Origin: a virus
Virus record (IMG/VR): IMGVR_UViG_3300005563_000031
Span: 41,785-105,784 of that record
Reading direction: 5' to 3' (one strand)
Length of the DNA: 64,000 nt
Shown here piece by piece: positions 7,184 to 11,672 of the stretch. Numbering within the stretch: the first letter of the stretch is position 1; every line of letters starts with the position of its first letter. The position numbers and the translations under genes are program-made. Below the pieces are notes generated by a model, which saw only the letters and a list, made by a program, of their open reading frames with translations, ran no database searches and had not been told where the DNA came from.

Positions 7184-7239
7184 GCCGCGTTCCTCTTATA
7201 TACCGGATACGCGGCCAACCCGGTATTGCAATTCGAGGA
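7184..7239 (-). ncRNA. H-type pseudoknot RNA
   Basis: S1 ATACCGG/CCGGTAT, S2 GCCGCGT/ACGCGGC, loops 4/2/9 nt, purine-rich L3. Confidence 0.6.
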
Positions 7240-7314
7240 GGTGCTGTTGGGACTATCCTACAGGAGAACAAAGGACAGACCGGACTTATGGACGCTACGT
7301 GTCCCAACAGCACC
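7240..7314 (-). ncRNA. RNA closed by a perfect 14-bp terminal stem
   Basis: GGTGCTGTTGGGAC/GTCCCAACAGCACC around a 47-nt loop. Confidence 0.55.
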
Positions 7315-7344
7315 GACAACCGAACTATACAGCGAACTTTGAAT

Positions 7345-7419
7345 TGGTGCCTCGAGAAGTGCTCGCACCTTCGTATCTGGGTTTTCAGGCCAGCGCTACT
7401 CTGTCTCAGCTATCGAGGC
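7345..7419 (-). tRNA. tRNA-Phe(GAA)
   Basis: loop CTGAAAA, CCA, atypical T-loop. Confidence 0.85.
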
Positions 7420-7425
7420 AAATAC

Positions 7426-7511
7426 TGGTCCTCACGGCTGGACTTGCACCAGCACGCCGGTTAAGGCACAGCGTTCTCAACACTGCGTGTCTGCTGTTTC
7501 ACCACGCGAGG
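7426..7511 (-). tRNA. tRNA-Leu(GAG)
   Basis: long variable arm, loop TTGAGAA, CCA. Confidence 0.9.
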
Positions 7512-7518
7512 AATAGTT

Positions 7519-7767
7519 TCAACGGATCGTTTCAATAGTCTTACCATCCTCGTTCATAATGTAGGCGACGTTGTAGGAACAGGACTGGTCCATTCCCACT
7601 GTTACCTCTGTAGTTTCACCCGGTGCGTCGCCGCACTGTATAACCGCGCACAAGTTTTCCTTGTACGTTACGTGGACGGCTTTCGCCTCACGCACTGATA
7701 TCGCTTCTGTGTATGAGGGCTTAGCGGGCGCTTCTGGCCCGTACTTATAGAATTTTACTGTCAACAT
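7519..7767 (-). CDS. hypothetical protein
   Basis: ORF fills a tRNA spacer; C-terminal AYIMNEDGKTIETI. Confidence 0.75.
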   Translation of the reverse strand: MLTVKFYKYGPEAPAKPSYTEAISVREAKAVHVTYKENLCAVIQCGDAPGETTEVTVGMDQSCSYNVAYIMNEDGKTIETIR

Positions 7768-7797
7768 AGTCTACTCGTCCTACTACTGCTAAGAAAC

Positions 7798-7881
7798 TGG
7801 TACCTCTGGTGAGAGTTGCACTCACACACCTTGCGGCGCCGGAATTTGAAGCCGGTGCGTCTGCTGTTCCGCCACAGAGGC
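7798..7881 (-). tRNA. tRNA-Leu(CAA)
   Basis: loop TTCAAAT, variable arm, CCA. Confidence 0.9.
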
Positions 7882-7887
7882 AAAAGT

Positions 7888-7964
7888 TGGTATCCCCGGC
7901 GGGAGTTGCACCCGCAGTTGAACGGATTTTAAGTCCGCTGTGTCTGCTATTCCACCACGAGGAT
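7888..7964 (-). tRNA. tRNA-Leu(TAA) with short variable loop
   Basis: loop CTTAAAA, 77 nt, CCA. Confidence 0.85.
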
Positions 7965-7967
7965 GAA

Positions 7968-8038
7968 TGGGCACCCACGGTTGGAGTCGAACCAACGCTG
8001 GTAGCTTAGGAGGCCACTTTCGTTCCGCCGACGTGGGT
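7968..8038 (-). tRNA. tRNA-Arg(CCT)
   Basis: loop CTCCTAA, shortened D-arm, 3' end GCCCA. Confidence 0.75.
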
Positions 8039-8039
8039 A

Positions 8040-8201
8040 TCACAGATGAACAGTACCTGCGACTACGGTAATGGCGAGGATAAGGCAGATCAGCAGCACC
8101 GCAATGTGCAGCAGTGGGCCCGGTTTGCCTATCATCGACATGATCGTGATGATCGCAGCGGCGATCAAAAATACGAGAACGAGAATTGCAGCAGCACTCA
8201 T
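8040..8201 (-). CDS. 53-aa two-TM membrane protein
   Basis: AAGGAG SD; two hydrophobic helices. Confidence 0.7.
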   Translation of the reverse strand: MSAAAILVLVFLIAAAIITIMSMIGKPGPLLHIAVLLICLILAITVVAGTVHL

Positions 8202-8259
8202 GTTGGAAACTCCTTTTCTAACACGGGTGGGCGGTAGCAAGTAACGCTCCCGACACAGC

Positions 8260-8332
8260 TGGCACCCTCGGTTGGAGTCGAACCAACAGTCTGCGGCTTA
8301 GAAGGCGCGCTACCGATCCGGCCGGCGAGGGC
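8260..8332 (-). tRNA. tRNA-Arg(TCT)
   Basis: loop CTTCTAA, CCA. Confidence 0.8.
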
Positions 8333-8338
8333 GAAGGG

Positions 8339-8410
8339 TGGAGCGGAAAATGGGAGTCGAACCCATCAGCGGCGTCGTTGGCAACGATACCTCACACCAT
8401 GTGCATCCGC
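8339..8410 (-). tRNA. tRNA-Gly(GCC)
   Basis: loop TTGCCAA, U73, CCA. Confidence 0.85.
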
Positions 8411-8418
8411 ATGTTCAG

Positions 8419-8556
8419 TTCTTTCGTCCGTCCCACTGTTGCATTATGGGCAACCACCCGAGAGGATTTGCCGCTACCTCTGACATCTCCCACTTAAAGG
8501 AGGGAGCGCTCTGGTGCTCTGAGCTACGAGTGTTATCAACAGTCGCCACGAAAGAA
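8419..8556 (-). ncRNA. stalked tRNA-like RNA 1 (core 8454-8533)
   Basis: D-arm GCTC/GAGC, 10-nt anticodon loop, 11-nt T-loop, no CCA; flanks pair ACTGTTG/CAACAGT and TTCTTTCGT/ACGAAAGAA. Confidence 0.7.
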
Positions 8557-8558
8557 TT

Positions 8559-8634
8559 TGGTGCATGCTGTTGGATTCGAACCAACTGCCTCCCGGTTAT
8601 CAGCCGGGTGCGCATCCGTATGTGCCTCGCATGC
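8559..8634 (-). tRNA. tRNA-Ile(GAT)
   Basis: loop CTGATAA, CCA. Confidence 0.9.
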
Positions 8635-8643
8635 GAAATAGAT

Positions 8644-8744
8644 GTGGGTATTTGTCCGGCACCCACCGAGCCGTGCGGCTATTGCAGCGTAACCGCGACA
8701 CCTCCAGCGCTTGCATTGGCACTGGACCGGGCCGTTAAAGGTGT
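8644..8744 (-). ncRNA. multi-hairpin RNA candidate
   Basis: TCCAGTGC/GCGCTGGA, AGCCG/CGGCT, GTGGGT/ACCCAC, ACACC/GGTGT. Confidence 0.35.
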
Positions 8745-8856
8745 AGTGAAGTAGGATGTTTGGATTTGCACCAAGACCTCTGTTATTCCGCACGTCTGCG
8801 GATTCGACAGTGCTCTTCTATGACTGAGCTAACACCCTACATATTCACTATACCTT
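8738..8856 (-). ncRNA. stalked tRNA-like RNA 2 (core 8752-8839, no anticodon loop)
   Basis: 8-bp acceptor, 4-bp T-stem, D-arm; anticodon arm replaced by long hairpin; flanks pair TAGTGAA/TTCACTA and AAGGT/ACCTT. Confidence 0.7.
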
Positions 8857-8861
8857 GAAGT

Positions 8862-8936
8862 TGGTCGGAGTAGTAGGAATCGAACCTACCTTGTCGTGCT
8901 CCCAAAGCACGCGATCAGCCACTGACCCACACTCCG
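8862..8936 (-). tRNA. tRNA-Pro(TGG)
   Basis: loop TTTGGGA, C1-G72, CCA. Confidence 0.9.
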
Positions 8937-8993
8937 ATGGCGAGTGTCTCTCCGCTCCTGTCACGCCTGGATCGCCCGGCGTTCGGCATTGGC

Positions 8994-9071
8994 TGGTGCG
9001 GGTAGCAGGATTTGAACCTACGGCCCCGTGCGCCCGAGGCACGTGCTCTGACCAGACTGAGCTATACCCAC
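8994..9071 (-). tRNA. tRNA-Pro(CGG)
   Basis: loop CTCGGGC, CCA; G1-C72 instead of C1-G72. Confidence 0.85.
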
Positions 9072-9081
9072 ATGTTAGAAT

Positions 9082-9158
9082 TGGAGCACCCGGCCGGACT
9101 TGCACCGACGATTTTAACGCTTTGCAGGCGCCTGCATTTGCTGCTCTGCCACGGGTGC
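9082..9158 (-). tRNA. tRNA-Cys(GCA)
   Basis: loop CTGCAAA, U73, CCA. Confidence 0.9.
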
Positions 9159-9162
9159 GTGT

Positions 9163-9236
9163 TGGAGGGTCGTAATGGAGTCGAACCATTTATGGAGTCC
9201 GGTCACAGCGGAGTCCGGCTACCGAGCCAACGGCCC
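9163..9236 (-). tRNA. tRNA-His(GTG), atypical
   Basis: loop CTGTGAC, CCA; no G-1, U73. Confidence 0.75.
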
Positions 9237-9243
9237 ATTGTTT

Positions 9244-9327
9244 GTGCCTTCCCGCGCACGGCTTGCGGCCGGTCGATCGCGTGGCGCGAGTCACGGCGCA
9301 CTCCGAGGTGCGCTGGGCTTGATCGAC
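9244..9327 (-). ncRNA. structured RNA candidate
   Basis: GTCGATC/GATCGAC, GCGCAC/GTGCGC, CGGC-CGCAA-GCCG. Confidence 0.45.
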
Positions 9328-9332
9328 AAAGT

Positions 9333-9420
9333 TGGTACCTCTGGAGGGAATTGCACCCCCATGCCGTTTTACGGGCGCTGCGGTCTGAACGCAGTGTGTC
9401 TTCTGTTTCACCACAGAGGC
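9333..9420 (-). tRNA. tRNA-Leu(CAG)
   Basis: long variable arm, loop TTCAGAC, CCA. Confidence 0.9.
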
Positions 9421-9429
9421 AAAATGAGC

Positions 9430-9561
9430 ATTAGGACAGTGCGCTGGTGCCGCGTTGGCATTCGCGCAAACCTCCGTTAGACAGCGCTATCTAACATCAT
9501 CGATCCTGCTTTATACAGCTTGCATAGCCCCACTCGATATGGGACACGGCACTGTCCTAAT
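9430..9561 (-). ncRNA. 132-nt multi-branch RNA closed by a perfect 13-bp stem
   Basis: ATTAGGACAGTGC/GCACTGTCCTAAT; internal hairpins; loop ATCGA complementary to TCGAT. Confidence 0.6.
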
Positions 9562-9562
9562 T

Positions 9563-9637
9563 TGGTAGACCGTACGGGATTCGAACCCGCCTAACATGCT
9601 TGAAAGGCACGTTGCATCACCGAGACGCATACGGTCC
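9563..9637 (-). tRNA. tRNA-Glu(TTC)
   Basis: loop CTTTCAA, CCA. Confidence 0.9.
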
Positions 9638-9648
9638 GTAAAATTTAA

Positions 9649-9789
9649 GTGGCTCTGGCGCATAGGGGTACTCGTGTGAGGCGCATGCGCCACTGGCGGA
9701 GACAGGTACCTGGCACGACTTACGCACCGTTGCTGCGTCGTAACCTGCGCTGGCTTGCCAGGCGAGAGCGGTCTGTGCGGCAGAGCTAC
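9649..9789 (-). ncRNA. ~140-nt structured RNA candidate
   Basis: GTAGCTCTG/CAGAGCCAC, CCTGGC/GCCAGG, ACGAC/GTCGT, TGGCGCATG/TATGCGCCA. Confidence 0.5.
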
Positions 9790-9812
9790 TAAGTATACCG
9801 CACGACAAACAC

Positions 9813-9890
9813 TGGTAGACGTGACGAGACTCTAACTCGTTAGGCTACGGTTGAGAACCGCACTGCGCGAGACACTTTGCATTCACGTCC
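9813..9890 (-). tRNA. tRNA-Glu(CTC)
   Basis: loop TTCTCAA, CCA. Confidence 0.85.
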
Positions 9891-9898
9891 ATAAAAAT

Positions 9899-9970
9899 TG
9901 GTGGAGCTGTCGGGAGTTGAACCCGCAGGGTTTCCTTGCAAGGGAGACCCGTTGCCCGCAACACAACCCC
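9899..9970 (-). tRNA. tRNA-Ala(TGC)
   Basis: G3:U70, loop CTTGCAA, CCA. Confidence 0.9.
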
Positions 9971-9986
9971 GTGGTTCTTTGGTCTA

Positions 9987-10053
9987 GCCCAACATCTGAC
10001 GGCTGGGCAGGCGCACATAACAGCAACGTCACCGGTAATTAACTGCTACATGT
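9987..10053 (-). ncRNA. two-hairpin kissing-loop RNA candidate
   Basis: TAGCAG/TTGCTG and GCCCAGC/GTTGGGC hairpins; loops TGACG and CGTCA. Confidence 0.5.
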
Positions 10054-10072
10054 TGATCGCTTTTCGACTTAC

Positions 10073-10148
10073 TGGTAGGCCGCCAGGGATTCGAACCCTG
10101 GACCAACTGGTTAAGAGCCAGCTGCTCTTGCCGCTGAGCTAGCGACCT
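10073..10148 (-). tRNA. tRNA-Lys(CTT)
   Basis: canonical cloverleaf, loop CTCTTAA, CCA. Confidence 0.95.
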
Positions 10149-10156
10149 ATAAAGTT

Positions 10157-10244
10157 ACGCTTCCGGTCATCTGCGCCGAATATCCCGTGGGCTAGTACCC
10201 ACATGCTACAGGACATGGACGGGCGTACAGAGCCGGACTTGCGT
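10157..10244 (-). ncRNA. stalked two-hairpin RNA with possible pseudoknot
   Basis: ACGC/GCGT, TCCGG/CCGGA, TCTG/CAGA, CGCC/GGCG; loop TCCTG vs CGGGA. Confidence 0.5.
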
Positions 10245-10246
10245 TC

Positions 10247-10337
10247 TGGTGCGTCGCGGATGGAATCGAACCTCGTGCCCTAAAGGGACCTGGTTTACAG
10301 CCAGGCGAGCGGCCACCACTCCTTACTTGCGCAACGC
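10247..10337 (-). tRNA. tRNA-Tyr(GTA)
   Basis: loop CTGTAAA, long variable arm, CCA. Confidence 0.85.
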
Positions 10338-10342
10338 ATGGT

Positions 10343-10414
10343 TGGTACCCGATGTGAGGATTGAACTCACTCCACCAACTTTGTAGGAGTCGGCGCCGTC
10401 CCAACGGTCCGGGC
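10343..10414 (-). tRNA. tRNA-Val(TAC)
   Basis: loop CCTACAA (C33), CCA. Confidence 0.8.
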
Positions 10415-10420
10415 ATAAAC

Positions 10421-10648
10421 AAAAAGGATGACAATAGGCGTGCATCAGACGCCTCGTTTTACGTCACGGCTCGCGCCGCTTGGCTAGCTGCTCGCAGGTG
10501 GTCCGTAGACCACCATTTTCGTCACCGCTTCTACCAGCGGCTCCTCGAACGTCGTTAGGCCGACTACCCAGCCAATTCTCGTATCCTCAAAAATCGTTGA
10601 CGACCTATTTTTTATCGTGGTCAGCCGTCAGTGTTTTCCAGTCCTTTT
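10421..10648 (-). ncRNA. ~230-nt large structured RNA candidate
   Basis: terminal AAAAGGA/TCCTTTT, ACGGCT/AGCCGT, TTGGCTGG/CTAGCCAA, GGTGGTC-TACG-GACCACC, AGGCGT/ACGCCT, CCGCT/AGCGG. Confidence 0.6.
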
Positions 10649-10720
10649 TGGCGCCTCCAACGGGACTCGAACCCGTCACCCACTCGATAGACAGTCGAGT
10701 TTCACCCCAGGTGTAGAGGC
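10649..10720 (-). tRNA. tRNA-Asp(GTC)
   Basis: loop CTGTCTA, G73, CCA. Confidence 0.85.
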
Positions 10721-10736
10721 AGGTTCTAACACTTAG

Positions 10737-10810
10737 CTGTAGGCCTGGGGCTCGAACCCAGCGCATCTCCGTTAACAGCGGAGCCTACACGCCCGGTGCA
10801 GTTGCCTACA
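10737..10810 (-). tRNA. tRNA-Asn(GTT), no CCA, acceptor extended by leader-trailer stalk (10725-10823)
   Basis: loop CTGTTAA, G73; flanks TCTAACACTT/AAGTGTTAGA. Confidence 0.85.
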
Positions 10811-10825
10811 GCAAAGTGTTAGATT

Positions 10826-10899
10826 TGGAGCGGACGGTGGGAATCAAACCCACCTCATTGCGTTGGAAGCGCAAGGCCCAGTCACTAGACCACGCCCGC
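10826..10899 (-). tRNA. tRNA-Gly(TCC)
   Basis: loop CTTCCAA, U73, CCA; first tRNA of the operon. Confidence 0.9.
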
Positions 10900-10919
10900 T
10901 CAAACCTAAATGTCAACCG

Positions 10920-10934
10920 AATTGTTAAAGAACG
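10920..10934 (-). promoter_or_regulatory. boxA antitermination element
   Basis: CGTTCTTTAACAATT, close to rrn boxA TGCTCTTTAACAATT, 20 nt before the first tRNA. Confidence 0.7.
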
Positions 10935-11017
10935 TCCGGTGATTTAGTTTGGGGGTGTTGGAAGGAGAGCGGTTGCTTTCCTTTTTGGCCCCCGTCCTGC
11001 ACCGGGGGCAGGAGGGA

Positions 11018-11146
11018 TTAGAGCTTGGTACCTTCGAGTCGGGGCGCTGTTGGCATAATATTCCAACTATCGCGCCCAAACGTCGCCGCGACGACACATT
11101 GCTGCGCCGGATAGGCTAGACGTGAAGGTACTAAGGATCTAAACAT
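11018..11146 (-). CDS. leaderless 42-aa leader peptide of the tRNA operon
   Basis: MFRSLVPSRLAYPAQQCVVAATFGRDSWNIMPTAPRLEGTKL; ATG 6 nt after the -10 box. Confidence 0.6.
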   Translation of the reverse strand: MFRSLVPSRLAYPAQQCVVAATFGRDSWNIMPTAPRLEGTKL

Positions 11147-11152
11147 GTCTAT

Positions 11153-11182
11153 ATACTAAATTCGATTCGATACACATTGCAA
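11153..11182 (-). promoter_or_regulatory. sigma70-like promoter of the tRNA operon
   Basis: TTGCAA-18 nt-TAGTAT, just downstream of a terminator. Confidence 0.65.
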
Positions 11183-11192
11183 GTACTTTCGT

Positions 11193-11222
11193 AAAAATGC
11201 CGGGAGTGGTCAGCTCCCGGCG
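11193..11222 (-). terminator. intrinsic terminator ending the late operon
   Basis: GCCGGGAG/CTCCCGGC hairpin followed by ATTTTT. Confidence 0.7.
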
Positions 11223-11233
11223 AAAGTTACGGA

Positions 11234-11368
11234 CGTATAGCGCAGTGGAAAACCTCGAGAACAACAACACCGAAACTCGAGGCCCATGGTCTGTGCGCGT
11301 CAACATCCGGCAGTCGACACCTACAAGGGAGGTCGTAAGTGTTTTACCGACTGCATTACAACTATACG
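11234..11368 (-). ncRNA. ~135-nt branched RNA candidate
   Basis: CGTATAG/CTATACG, GCAGTCG/CGACTGC, CCTCGAG/CTCGAGG, GCGCA/TGCGC. Confidence 0.5.
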
Positions 11369-11372
11369 CGCG

Positions 11373-11672
11373 TCACCAGTAGTAAACGTGTGGCCGGCGG
11401 TAGCTCGGGAAATTAAGGCTGTCCGGATCGCGACCCAGCTCGATAAGCCGTTCAAGTTGATTTGACCGGATACGCGCGGGGCGAATGTGCATCGTGCGAT
11501 TCCACTCGCCGGAGGGCTCGGTCATAATTTGCAAACGCTTGTTGGGGTGTTGCTCATAGCGATACACATCCGGACGATACCAACACGGACGGTAGTAGCC
11601 GTAAGCAATGAGAATACGCACACGATGTGCACGTGCAACGCGCTGCTGCCAGCGCCGTAAGGATCGCTTCAT
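11373..11672 (-). CDS. Arg-rich hypothetical protein ending RPHVYYW
   Basis: GGGAG SD; basic ORF. Confidence 0.75.
   Translation of the reverse strand: MKRSLRRWQQRVARAHRVRILIAYGYYRPCWYRPDVYRYEQHPNKRLQIMTEPSGEWNRTMHIRPARIRSNQLERLIELGRDPDSLNFPSYRRPHVYYW

Noticed and set aside
9899-9970. Possible tmRNA (GGGG 5' end, TCCACCA 3' end)
   Set aside because: It closes as a 72-nt tRNA-Ala with a normal anticodon arm; no tag ORF
4203-10716. Many 60-180 aa ORFs in the ORF track across the tRNA region
   Set aside because: They are translations of tRNA genes or their complements (MESN/VGLEPT patterns come from T-arms)
3976-10899. HDV-like (theta), hammerhead, twister or pistol ribozymes in tRNA trailers
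   Set aside because: I could not assemble the required topology and catalytic motifs by eye, and most tRNAs already encode CCA; a CM search is still needed
10906-11097. 63-aa ORF from the track as the operon leader peptide
   Set aside because: It has no SD and runs over boxA; the 11018-11146 frame begins at the predicted TSS and is a better candidate
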